A stretch of DNA of 64,000 bases, taken from assembly GCA_044344255.1 (NCBI GenBank), contig JBIJDH010000010.1, positions 32,001-96,000 of the forward strand. The letters run 5' to 3'. Positions 48,045-57,758 of the stretch are shown here, in pieces; position 1 is the stretch's first letter, and each line of letters starts with the position of its first letter. The translations under genes were made by a program, and so were the position numbers. The notes under the pieces are model-generated. The model was not told the DNA's origin, did not search any database, and worked only from the letters and a program-made list of their open reading frames with translations. Source of the stretch: Myxococcota bacterium. Its GTDB lineage: Bacteria; Myxococcota_A; UBA796; UBA2385.

Positions 48045-50396
48045 GTGAGCACGATGGACTACGAGAAGCTCGGTGTCTTCTACCTCGGACGCCCGGTTGA
48101 CCCTGTCACCGGCGCCGTGCGGCCCGAGCCCCTGCTGCTCGCCTCGCGGGACCTCTGCACCCACGCGGTCTGCGTGGGGATGACGGGCAGCGGCAAGACC
48201 GGGCTCTCGGTGGCCCTGCTCGAAGAGGCAGCGATCGACGGCATCCCCGCCATCGTCATCGACCCCAAGGGAGACCTCGGCAACCTCGCGCTCACCTTCC
48301 CCGCCCTCGACGCCGCCTCCTTCGGCCCCTGGGTCGACCCCGACGAGGCGGCGCGGCAGGGACTCGAGCCCGAGGCCTGGGCGGCGAAGGTGGCGGCGAG
48401 CTGGAGGGCCGGCCTCGCCGAGAGCGACCAGACCGCGGCCCGCGTGCAGCGCCTGCGCGAGGCCTGTGAGGTGTCGATCTACACCCCCGGCAGCCGCGTG
48501 GGCCGGCCGCTGGCGATGCTGCGCTCGCTCGTCGCCCCGCCTCCTGGTCTGGACGAGGAGGTGCTCCAGGAGCGTGTCCTCACCGCGGTCTCCGGCCTGC
48601 TCGGCCTGCTCGGCAGTGAGGCCGATCCCTTGACCAGCCGCGAGCACATCCTGCTCTCCCGCCTCGTCCACGCCGCCTGGGCCGAGGGCCAGGACCTCGA
48701 CCTCGCCGCGCTGATCGGCGGCATCCAGAAGCCCCCCTTCAGCCGCCTCGGCGTCCTGGAGCTCGAGTCCTTCTACCCCGCGAAGGAGCGCTTCACCCTC
48801 GCGATGTCGCTCAACAACCTCCTCGCCTCCCCCGGCGCCGCCGCTTGGACCGAGGGAGAGCCCCTCGACGTCGCGCGGCTGCTGCACAGCCCCGCCGGCA
48901 AGCCGCGCATCTCGATCCTCTCGATCAGCCACCTCTCCGACGCCCAGCGCATGTTCGTCGTCTCGACGCTGCTCGGCGAGCTCGTGGCCTGGATGCGGCA
49001 GCAGCGCGGCACCAGCAGCCTCCGCGCCCTGCTCTTCATGGACGAGATCCAGGGCTACTTCCCGCCCACCGCCAACCCGCCCAGCAAGCCGCCGATGCTC
49101 ACCCTGCTCAAGCAGGCGCGCGCCTTCGGCCTCGGCGTGGTGCTGGCCACGCAGAACCCGGTCGATCTCGACTACAAGGGGCTGTCGAACTGCGGGATCT
49201 GGCTCATCGGCCGCCTCCAGACCGAGCGCGACCGCGCCCGCCTCACCGACGGCCTCTCCGCGGCGGGGGGCCCAGACAAGGCCACCCTGGACCGCCTGCT
49301 CTCCGCCACCGGCAAGCAGGTCTTCCTGCTCCACGACGTGCACCGCGCCGGGCCCGAGCTCTTCCGCACCCGCTGGACCCTCTCCTACCTGCGCGGCCCC
49401 CTCGGCCGCGAGCAGGTGCGGGCCCTCACCGCCGCAGAGGGCGCGCCCTCGACCGGCGGCCTCGCCAAGGCCCGCGCCGCGGCCCCCTCGACCCGCGAGC
49501 GGGGAGGGGCGACCGGCGCCCGGCCCGTGCTGCCCCCCGGGCTCGAGGAGCGCTTCCTCCAGGGAGACACGGAGGGCGGGGCCTACCACCCCGCGGTCTT
49601 CGCCTCCGTGAAGGTGCACTACGCCTCGGCGAAGGCCGGGGTGGACCACTGGGAGGCGCTCTCCCTCGCCGCCCCCTTCACAGACGACGGCGCCGCCCCC
49701 GACTGGGCCGCCGCCGAGGCCCTCTCCGCCGAGCGCCTGCTCCCCGCGCCCGAGGGCACGCTCCCCTTCGGTGAGCTGCCCCCCGCCGCCACCCAGAAGA
49801 CGGCCGGCGCCGCCTGGAGCAAGTCGCTCGCGGCCCACCTCTACCAAGAGCGGCCGCTCTGCCTCTATCAGTCGGTCGAACCTCGGCTCCTGTCCCGCCC
49901 AGGCGAGACCGCCGGAGACTTTCAGGCCCGCCTCTCCCTCGTGACCCGCGAGGCCCGCGACGCGCTGGCCGACCGCCTCCGCGACAAGGCCACGACGAAG
50001 CTCTCAGCGCTCGACGCCCGCCGCGCCCGCGCCGAGGCCAAGGTGGCGAAGGAGGAGTCCCAGGCCGACGCCGCCGTGCTCCACACCGCCGTGAGCTTCG
50101 GCTCCACGCTGCTCGGCGCCCTCTTCGGCCGAAAGACCTTCTCGAGCGGCAACCTCTCCAAGGCCGCCTCCACGGTGAAGTCCGCCGGCCGGGCCAATGA
50201 GCAGCGCTCCGACGTCGAGCGCGCCCGGGCCGAGCTCCTGGAGGTCGAGCAGGAGCGGGCGGCCCTCGAGGCCGAGCTCGAGGCCGAGATCGCCGCCCTC
50301 CCGAGCGCGCCGCCGGTGGTCACCGAGCTCAAGGTGGCCCCGAAGAAGGCCGACACGACGGTGGAGCGCGTCTACCTGCTCTGGCGGCCCGCCTAG
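48045..50396 (+). CDS. HerA/FtsK-superfamily (DUF87-like) ATPase with a C-terminal coiled coil
   Basis: THAVCVGMTGSGKTG, IDPKGD, FMDE, KQARAFG and LATQNPVDLDYKG motifs. Confidence 0.85.
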   Translation: MSTMDYEKLGVFYLGRPVDPVTGAVRPEPLLLASRDLCTHAVCVGMTGSGKTGLSVALLEEAAIDGIPAIVIDPKGDLGNLALTFPALDAASFGPWVDPDEAARQGLEPEAWAAKVAASWRAGLAESDQTAARVQRLREACEVSIYTPGSRVGRPLAMLRSLVAPPPGLDEEVLQERVLTAVSGLLGLLGSEADPLTSREHILLSRLVHAAWAEGQDLDLAALIGGIQKPPFSRLGVLELESFYPAKERFTLAMSLNNLLASPGAAAWTEGEPLDVARLLHSPAGKPRISILSISHLSDAQRMFVVSTLLGELVAWMRQQRGTSSLRALLFMDEIQGYFPPTANPPSKPPMLTLLKQARAFGLGVVLATQNPVDLDYKGLSNCGIWLIGRLQTERDRARLTDGLSAAGGPDKATLDRLLSATGKQVFLLHDVHRAGPELFRTRWTLSYLRGPLGREQVRALTAAEGAPSTGGLAKARAAAPSTRERGGATGARPVLPPGLEERFLQGDTEGGAYHPAVFASVKVHYASAKAGVDHWEALSLAAPFTDDGAAPDWAAAEALSAERLLPAPEGTLPFGELPPAATQKTAGAAWSKSLAAHLYQERPLCLYQSVEPRLLSRPGETAGDFQARLSLVTREARDALADRLRDKATTKLSALDARRARAEAKVAKEESQADAAVLHTAVSFGSTLLGALFGRKTFSSGNLSKAASTVKSAGRANEQRSDVERARAELLEVEQERAALEAELEAEIAALPSAPPVVTELKVAPKKADTTVERVYLLWRPA

Positions 50397-50412
50397 GCCG
50401 ACGGGCGCTCGC

Positions 50413-51966
50413 TCAGCCGTGCCCCGCCCCCTCCTGTCGCGCCCCGACGAGGGGGGCGAGGGCGCAGACCCCGGCGGCGAGCAGATAGCCGAGGGCCAGC
50501 CTGGGCGCGGCGCCGAGCCCGATGTCGAGCGCCGTGTCGATCGGCGCGCCGTCGGGCGACCAGCGCCAGCCGTGCATCACGCCGAGGTAGGACAGCCCCG
50601 CCGCCACCAGGAACCACACGGCCGCCCGCCGAAATTGCCCCTCGATGATCGAGACGGTCGCCCCGGCGAGCAGCATGGCGGTGAAGATGAAGCCCTGCTC
50701 GAGGCTGAAGAGGCCGTCGGGCGGGAGGTCGGCCAGCGCGAGCTTCTCCCCCCAGGCCGGCCCGCTCGTCACCCCGGCGGCGCGGCCGGCGCTCTTCACG
50801 AGCAAGGCGCCCCAGGCGGCCACCCCCGGCAGGAGGCCGATGACCACGGCGGGGGCGTGCCGGTGCGGGGTGGCCTGAAAGGCCTGGGCGGTGATGACGA
50901 TGCCGATCCAGATCACGATCGCCATGCCCGCCTCGATCGGCACCGCCCAGGAGATCCAGCCGAGCGTGCCCGTGAGGCAGACCACCGTGACGAAGAGCCC
51001 GTTCAACCAGGAGTAGCCCACCCGAGCGCCGAGGGCCTTCCACCCGGGGTGGCCGATGTAGATCGTGGTCGGGAAGCAGGAGCCGAAGAGGGCGGCCGCG
51101 AAGCCGCCGAGGCCGTTGGCCGCCAGCGAGGGCATCGTGGCGAAGCGGTCGCCGGCCGCCTCGGCGCTCTCGAGGTTCTGGAGCGAGCCCACCACGTTGA
51201 AGAGGCCCATCGGCACGATGACGGCGAGGTACTGGAGCAGGAAGCCGCTCTGGAGGCCGGCGAGCAGGTCGCCCACCACGGGCACCGGGAGGTGCAGGGC
51301 CGCGGCGGCGGGCGGCGTGGCCCCGGGAGAGAGGCCCGTGGCCCAGCTGATCGCGGTGCCGAGCGCGATGGCGACGAGGCCGCCCGGCACCCCGCCCTTG
51401 AAGCGGAAGTTGCCGAAGTAGACGAGGGAGACCACGGCGAAGGAGGCGAGCCCCACGGCCGGGTGGGCGAAGGTACGAAAGAAGAAGCCGAGCGAGATGA
51501 AGCTGAGCGCGATGCCGGCGAGCGTGCTGAGCAGGGCCGCGCGGGGCACGAGCCGCCGCAGCCGCTCGGCCACGAAGGCCCCGCCGAGCTCGATGAGGGC
51601 GCTCCCGAGGCAGGCCACGAGCCCCGCCTGCCAGGCGGCCTCGGCGCTCCCCGTCTGCAGCTTCACCGGCAGCATCACGAGGAAGACATACGCGAAGACG
51701 CTCGGCGTGTTGATGCCGTAGGGCAGCGCGCAGACGTCGTCGCGGCCGGTCTCTCGGGCGAGCTTCATCGCCTGCCAGGAGTAGAAGAGGTTGCCGGCGA
51801 GGATGCTCACCGCCGCGCCCGGCAGCACCCGCCCATAGAGCAGCTCGTCCGGAAACCCGAGGACGTAGCGACACAGCGCGTCGATCACCAGGAGCTGGAC
51901 AAGGTTGTCGAGGGCGAGGCCGAAGAAGCCGTCGAGATCACCACGCACGAACCATCGGGCTTGCAT
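50413..51966 (-). CDS. NCS2-like (xanthine/uracil) permease
   Basis: [26 protein letters not shown] and [12 protein letters not shown] motifs; many TM segments. Confidence 0.82.
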   Translation of the reverse strand: MQARWFVRGDLDGFFGLALDNLVQLLVIDALCRYVLGFPDELLYGRVLPGAAVSILAGNLFYSWQAMKLARETGRDDVCALPYGINTPSVFAYVFLVMLPVKLQTGSAEAAWQAGLVACLGSALIELGGAFVAERLRRLVPRAALLSTLAGIALSFISLGFFFRTFAHPAVGLASFAVVSLVYFGNFRFKGGVPGGLVAIALGTAISWATGLSPGATPPAAAALHLPVPVVGDLLAGLQSGFLLQYLAVIVPMGLFNVVGSLQNLESAEAAGDRFATMPSLAANGLGGFAAALFGSCFPTTIYIGHPGWKALGARVGYSWLNGLFVTVVCLTGTLGWISWAVPIEAGMAIVIWIGIVITAQAFQATPHRHAPAVVIGLLPGVAAWGALLVKSAGRAAGVTSGPAWGEKLALADLPPDGLFSLEQGFIFTAMLLAGATVSIIEGQFRRAAVWFLVAAGLSYLGVMHGWRWSPDGAPIDTALDIGLGAAPRLALGYLLAAGVCALAPLVGARQEGAGHG

Positions 51967-52038
51967 CGACGCGCTCCCCCCAAGAGACCGAGAGGGCCGA
52001 CTCTACCCGAGCCGCGGAGGCGGTTGGAACCATCTGAT

Positions 52039-52227
52039 CGCCCTTCGGGGCCATCGTTTCGCCCTTCGGGGCCATCGCATCGCCCTTCGGGGCCATCGCA
52101 TCGCCCTTCGGGGCCATCCCACCGCCCTTCGGGGCCATCGCACTGCCCTTCGGGGCCATCGCACTGCCCTTCGGGGCCATCCCACCGCCCTTTGGGGCCA
52201 TCGTTTCGCCCTTCGGGGCCATCTCCC
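52039..52227. repeat. Nine tandem 21-bp units YGCCCTTCGGGGCCATCNNNN
   Basis: Counted directly; units start at 52039, 52060, 52081, 52102, 52123, 52144, 52165, 52186 and 52207. Confidence 0.95.
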
Positions 52228-52270
52228 TCCTGGGGATTGCCCGGCGGCCTCCGCCATGCGAGACCGGAGC

Positions 52271-52819
52271 ATGACCACCCACATCGCCCTCCTCCGCGCC
52301 GTCAACGTCGGGGGGACCGGCAAGCTGCCGATGGCCGCGCTCCGGGAGGCCTGCACCGAGGCGGGCCTCGCGCGGGTCAGCACCTACATCGCGAGCGGCA
52401 ACCTCCTCTTCGAGAGCCCGCTCTCGGCCCAGGCCGCCGCCGCCCTCGTGACGGGCATCCTCCGCGAGCGCTTCGGCCTCCTGAAGAACGAGGTGATCCT
52501 CCGCTCCCTGGCCGAGCTCGAGGCCGTGGTGGCCAACAACCCCCTGCCCGAGGTGGCCCTGGCGCGGCCCAAGCTCTATTACGCGAGCTTCCTCCTCGGT
52601 CCGCCCCGCCCCGACGCCGCGAGCTTGCTCGCCGCCTGGCCCGGCCCCGAGCGCATCCTGCTCGGAGACGGCTGCGCCTACATCGACTACCCCGAGGGGG
52701 CCGGCACCTCGAAGCTCACGCCCAGCGCCCTCGAGCGCATGCTGGGCACGCCCTCCACGGCGCGCAACTGGAACACCGTCACGACGCTGCTCCGCCTCGG
52801 ACGGGAGGTCCAACCCTGA
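52271..52819 (+). CDS. DUF1697-family protein
   Basis: IALLRAVNVGG, TYIASGN, SKL and TARNWNTV motifs; GGAG before ATG 52271. Confidence 0.88.
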   Translation: MTTHIALLRAVNVGGTGKLPMAALREACTEAGLARVSTYIASGNLLFESPLSAQAAAALVTGILRERFGLLKNEVILRSLAELEAVVANNPLPEVALARPKLYYASFLLGPPRPDAASLLAAWPGPERILLGDGCAYIDYPEGAGTSKLTPSALERMLGTPSTARNWNTVTTLLRLGREVQP

Positions 52820-52883
52820 AGGACAGGGCGCGGCGAGGCCGGCGGCGGTCCGGGTGAAGCGCGGCTCCAGGCGCCGATCGCCC

Positions 52884-54443
52884 TCAGCAGCCGATGACCT
52901 GAACCACCCTCCCCTCCACCTCGACCTTCCGCTGGAAGATGCGCTCGGACCAGGGAGCGGTGCTGCGGAGGTCGAAGAGGATGAGCCAGCCTTCGTCGAG
53001 GCCCGACGTGTCGAGGTAACCAGCCAGTTGGAGGAGCCCCTCCTCCTCCGTCTCCGTGTCCCGGCGGAGCTTGAGCTCGATCGCGTGCCGCTCCCCCTTC
53101 CAGGTGACGAGGAGGTCGAGGGCGCCGCGGCCGAGGCCATATTCGCGGTCGATACGACCGCCCCCGTTCACCAGGCGCTGGAGGAAGGCCATCATCAAGA
53201 GGTGGGGGCCGGACTCCCGGTAGTGAAAGCCCTCGGCGGCGAGGTGGCCGTCCTTTCGCCAGAACTGCTGGAAGGCCGTCATCAGCACGCCCATGTCCAG
53301 GCTGCCGTCGGGGCGGATGTAGCGGGCGGTGGTGGGCGGCAGCGTCACCTGGATGGCCCAGTTGAGCACCCGCGGGATCACCTCCCGGTAGATGGGGTTC
53401 GCGATCTCCACGCCGCTCCCTCGGCGCACGAGGAGGCCGAGGCCGAGGAGGTACTGGAGATCGTCATCGAGGAGGTCTGTGTTGGGTCGCTCGCCCGCGA
53501 TCATGGGGTCGAGCACGCGGCGGACGCGGTCTTCATGCAGGCGGGCGACGAGGGAGTCGATGTGGGAGCGCCGCTCCTGGATAAGGGTCTCCCTCGCGGC
53601 CTCTACATGTTCCACGGTGACGGGGAGACCGCGGTCGCGGAGGTCCGAGCCGACGATCTGGTCGGCGAGGGCGTTGGTGAGCCAGGGGTGGCCACAGCCG
53701 AGGGCGTAGATGCGGGCCACGGCATCGGGTTCGAAGGGCTGACCGGTGGCCGTTGTGTGCTGGGCGAGCAGCTCGGCCACCTCGGCCTCGGTGAAGGGGA
53801 CGAGGGTGGTGGCCTCGGCGGTGATGTTGAAGGGGGAGGCGGTGCCGAGCCAGGAGAGGGTCCGGCGGTCCTCCTGGCGGAGGGTGTAGTCCCGAACCTG
53901 CCGCTGACCGATCAGGACGATGCTCGCGGGAAACGGGCTCTCGGCGCGACCGATGTAGCCCTCCCGGAGCTGCGTCAGGAAGGAGACCATCGCCGTCCCG
54001 ACCAGCCCGTCGGCCTCGTCGAGGAAGAGGAGCAGCGGTGGCCCTGGCGTCTCGGCGAGCCGCCGAAGGTAGCCGTGAATCGCCCGTGACGGATCGTCGA
54101 GCAGCTCCTCCACCTCCATCTTGGAGGGGAGGGTGAGCGCGGGAAGGTAGATGGTGAGCGCGTGCTGGAAGGCCCCGAGCACCGTGCGGAAGGCGGGGGC
54201 CGGATCGGGCTGCTCTCGGGCAGACTGCAGGTCGACCCACACCGCCCGGAAGCGCCCGCTCGCGTTGTAGTGGCGCATCATCCACCGCGCCGAGGTGGTC
54301 TTGCCCACCTGCCGCCCGGCGTGGAGCGTGAAGTAGCGGTGGTCCTCCACGAGCTCCATGACGCGGCCGAGCCGGCGCTCGGGGGGGAGCATGTAGTGCT
54401 CCCCGGGGATGCAGGGGCCGGCGATGTTGAAGCCTGGGCGCAT
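52884..54443 (-). CDS. AAA-like P-loop NTPase with a C-terminal PD-(D/E)xK nuclease-like domain
   Basis: FNIAGPC, Walker A AGRQVGKTT, Walker B LFLDEAD, SPFNI and GHPWL; C-terminal REYGLGRGALDLL...AIELK. Confidence 0.82.
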   Translation of the reverse strand: MRPGFNIAGPCIPGEHYMLPPERRLGRVMELVEDHRYFTLHAGRQVGKTTSARWMMRHYNASGRFRAVWVDLQSAREQPDPAPAFRTVLGAFQHALTIYLPALTLPSKMEVEELLDDPSRAIHGYLRRLAETPGPPLLLFLDEADGLVGTAMVSFLTQLREGYIGRAESPFPASIVLIGQRQVRDYTLRQEDRRTLSWLGTASPFNITAEATTLVPFTEAEVAELLAQHTTATGQPFEPDAVARIYALGCGHPWLTNALADQIVGSDLRDRGLPVTVEHVEAARETLIQERRSHIDSLVARLHEDRVRRVLDPMIAGERPNTDLLDDDLQYLLGLGLLVRRGSGVEIANPIYREVIPRVLNWAIQVTLPPTTARYIRPDGSLDMGVLMTAFQQFWRKDGHLAAEGFHYRESGPHLLMMAFLQRLVNGGGRIDREYGLGRGALDLLVTWKGERHAIELKLRRDTETEEEGLLQLAGYLDTSGLDEGWLILFDLRSTAPWSERIFQRKVEVEGRVVQVIGC

Positions 54444-54536
54444 GGGATCCTCTCGCCCTGGCCCTAACGACACGATGGCCTGGGTGCTCCAACCCCGAGC
54501 CTCTCCCCCCGAAGGCCGCTGCCCCACGCCCTTGAC

Positions 54537-55850
54537 TCAGGCGACCCTTCGCCGCCGGAGTAGGAGGAGCGGCAGGGCCAGCAGCCCGGCGGTTGGTCCG
54601 AAGCCGGAGGAGGCGCAGCCACCGCAGGCGGCGCCGCCCGAGCCCGACTTTGGCGGCGCGGCGTTGGAGCCGGTGTCGCCGGTGGGATCGGCGTCGGCGT
54701 CTCCGTCCGCATCCCCGTCGGCGTCGGCATCTCCATCGGCGTCCGCGTCGGCATCCCCATCCGCGTCGGTGTCGCTGTCCGCGTCGGCGTCTGTGTCCGC
54801 GTCCGCCTCGCCGGTGTCCGGATCCCCGGTGTCGCCGGGGATGGTGGGCTCGGCCATCTCGTAGGCGCCAAGGTCTGCGATGGCGATTCCGTCCCCGTCT
54901 CCGTCGAGGGGGCGAGCCGTGCCCTCGTGGTCGATGAGGACGGCGGTGCCCACGGCGGCGTCGATGGCCGGGGAGCCGGGGAGGAGCTGGAGGTCGTCGT
55001 TGGTCCAGTCGCCGTCGTCGGACCAGTCGACGAAGAGGGGGTCGGCCTCGATGTAGTCGGTGCCCCAGTCGACGCAGTCACTGCTGACACAGGCCCCGTT
55101 GTCCCAAAACAGGTTGTTCGACAGGTGCCAATCGGCGGCGTCGTAGGGAGGGTAGGTGCCCAAGGAGTAGCCGGTCGCGCCGACGAAGATATTGTCGGTG
55201 AAGGAGACGTCGTTCATATTCGGGCTGCCGATGAAGTGCCCACCGTTGCCCACGAAGGTGTTGTTCTGGACATCCAGGCTGGAGCCGCCCTCGTCGTACT
55301 CGAACGATTCGATCCCGGAGTTGTTGCCCAGGAAGAGGTTGTTCTGAATGGTGCCAGTGACGGACGCGAACTGAATGCCCCGGTCGCAATCCTCGAAGGT
55401 GGAGGAATCCACCTCGAAGAGACTCATGTATTCCGTGAAGATGCACACGTTGGTGCCACTACCATGGAATCCAACATGCTCGACCGTCACCTGGGGAGTG
55501 GCGCCACCGAATGTGGTAAGGGAGAGCGTGCCATCCCCGACGACTGGATCGGCCTCAAAGGTGATGCCAGAGACCAGCGCGCTGCCCTTGAAGTACAGCC
55601 CGAGGGTGGCATAGGCACCGCTGAAGGTCACTACCACCTGCTCTTCCCCATCGCCGACCAGCTCGATAGTCTGACCAGCCCAGGAGTCCTCTTCGATGAT
55701 GTATGCGCCCGATCGCACCTCGATTCGGACCTCGTCCGGCGCGTCCGCCAGAGCATCGGCCAGCTCGGTGTAGTCACCACCGCCTGCGGGATCGACGACG
55801 AGCGTGGGAACAGCGGCGAAGAGCGAAGAGCTGATGAGGAGGTAGAACAT
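54537..55850 (-). CDS. Right-handed beta-helix surface protein with a DADAD linker and MYXO-CTERM-like tail
   Basis: VDPAGGGDYT, repeated NN.F..N, ADPLFV...LQL..GSPAIDA...DLGAYE, Asp/Ala repeat and CGGCAS...LLALPLLLLRRRR. Confidence 0.85.
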   Translation of the reverse strand: MFYLLISSSLFAAVPTLVVDPAGGGDYTELADALADAPDEVRIEVRSGAYIIEEDSWAGQTIELVGDGEEQVVVTFSGAYATLGLYFKGSALVSGITFEADPVVGDGTLSLTTFGGATPQVTVEHVGFHGSGTNVCIFTEYMSLFEVDSSTFEDCDRGIQFASVTGTIQNNLFLGNNSGIESFEYDEGGSSLDVQNNTFVGNGGHFIGSPNMNDVSFTDNIFVGATGYSLGTYPPYDAADWHLSNNLFWDNGACVSSDCVDWGTDYIEADPLFVDWSDDGDWTNDDLQLLPGSPAIDAAVGTAVLIDHEGTARPLDGDGDGIAIADLGAYEMAEPTIPGDTGDPDTGEADADTDADADSDTDADGDADADADGDADADGDADGDADADPTGDTGSNAAPPKSGSGGAACGGCASSGFGPTAGLLALPLLLLRRRRVA

Positions 55851-57431
55851 CAGTTGATCAACTCTGCGAAGTAGACGGCCGGGGTGTTGACGCCGTTGAT
55901 GCAGGTCATGGCGGCCCCATCGTAGTTGGCAGCCGAGCCTGCGTCGAAGAACATTCCCTCCCGAGGCGTGCTACCGTCGAGATAGGTGAAGACGTCTACG
56001 TTGGCCATGCAGTCGGTGTCGAGCGGCGTGTCATAGATGTCGTCGAACTTGAAGGTGGGATTGGGCTGGCAGTCGAGGCAGTCTTCGACTGTTGGCGATG
56101 AGGACAGGTCGGTGACATAAAAGGTGGTCAGCGTGCCGGCATTCCAGGCCTTCGCATAGACCTTGAAGTCGTCCGTGGCCCCGTCGGGGAGGGGGACCAC
56201 ACCCGGGTCGTGGTAGTCGGCGATGAGGGCCTCGGGGCAGCCTGAGCCGTCCAGGCTCACCACCCACTCCTGTCCTGAGGCATCCCAGGTGGCCAGCAGG
56301 ATGTCATTTTTGTTGTCGTTGTCGGGCAGCGTGGCTTGGCAGGTACCGTCCTCCTCGTCGTCCCCTTCGCCGGAGAAGAGCACCATCGGCTCATCCACGC
56401 TGAGGTCGGGGGGGCCCAGCACCATGTACTCCCAGGCCCACCGGCCGTGCAGGGCGTTGTCCACCTCGGAGCAGCCTGCGGTGCCGTCGGCGCAGATGGC
56501 CACCTCGCCGACCCCCGACCAGTCGCAGACCCCGGGATTCCCGGAGTTGCAGGTGAGGTCGTAGAGCCCGAAGTCGTCGCCGATGTCGTCCACCGAATCC
56601 ACGGAGACCACGTGATTGTCGGGAAACCAGGATCCTGAGCCGGGGTGGTTCTGCGCGAGCAGGCGCACGACGTCATCCACGCCATCGTTCACGGGCAAAG
56701 CATAGGGATGACCAATGTACTTGAAGTCGTCCACGGCGGTCTCACTCTGGGCCACCGGCACAGGCGGGGCGAGCCAGGTGGCGTTGTTGAAGTCCTGCCA
56801 ACCCGATGTCGTCGCGTACTTGTACTTGATCGTGTGATTGCTGGAGTCCTCCCAGTACATGGCCAGGTGATCGTCCCGCGTCCACCCGCTCGGGTAGAAG
56901 AAGACCGAGGCCGCCCCGGGCCCCTGCTGGGCGTAGTCCGTGGTGGAGGCTGCGGTGACGCCTGTCACCAGCCAGACCTCGGGTTCGGTGGAGAGGATGT
57001 AGGTGTCGTTGGTTGGGCTGTCCTCGGCGTCACCCAGCAGGTCCGTACAGCCGGAGTCATCGCAGGCGTAGATCTTGAAGTAATACTCCCTGTCCGCCCG
57101 GTAGACGAAGGTGTTTCGGCTGGTGTTCACCGCGGGGGCGTCGAACTGGATCCCGTCGGTGGGGGAGGTGGGCGTCCCGGCATCGTTCAGCACGATCCGG
57201 TACTTCTGGAGAGAGAAGCTACCGCAACTGGAGGCCGCCGCGGCCCAGGACACCGTGAAGGCCGCCGAAGAGCGGGGGTCGTGGGTGACCGCGGCGAGCT
57301 CCGCGTCCCAGCCACAAGCCGCGTGGGCGGAGCGCGGCACGACCAGCGTCAGGAGGCTACCGGCGACAACGACGAGGCAGCGAGGCAGCGAGGCAGCGAG
57401 GCAGCGAGGCAGCGAGGCAGCGAGGCAGCAT
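55850..57431 (-). CDS. Secreted Cys-rich protein (FN3-like N-terminus, possible propeller); signal peptide frameshifted by an 8-bp repeat tract
   Basis: Body ORF 55850-57340 plus an in-frame hydrophobic LVVVAGSLLTLVVPRSAHA. The only ATG with an SD (57431) is out of frame across the repeat. Stop overlaps the next start (TGATG). Confidence 0.75.
57373..57428. repeat. Simple sequence repeat (CGAGGCAG)x7
   Basis: Seven perfect copies counted directly, immediately after the minus-strand ATG at 57431. Confidence 0.97.
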
Positions 57432-57758
57432 ACGACGACTCCGAGAGGGCTACGTGCAATATCGAAGACTCACGCCCCAATCCTATATGACCGCGTAGTC
57501 CCCGTCTCACCCGAAACCGTCCCGCACACCTTCTTGACAATAACTGACAGTCGCTTACGGCAGAACCTGCCGGCCAACCCGCTTCCCAAGCGTTGAGGAC
57601 GCGAGAGCCCGCCCAGCGCCTCGCCGACAGACACCGGACCCGGTCCGCCGAGGCCTATGGCCCCTCGCTCACGCTCTACAAGATGGCCACGGTCAGCGCC
57701 GAAGAGGACGGCGCGCTCCGACCCCGCGCCTCCGCGCATCGGGGCAACGTACCGCCGC

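Noticed and set aside
52039..52227. CRISPR array
   Set aside because: The variable part is only about 4 nt, the period is 21 bp and there are no cas genes.
51905..52270. N-terminal ALRGHRx heptad extension of the DUF1697 protein
   Set aside because: The open frame is a by-product of the 21-bp repeat; the family-typical start with an SD is at 52271.
54700..54810. Nucleotide repeats as a separate element
   Set aside because: They simply encode the DADAD linker of the surface protein.
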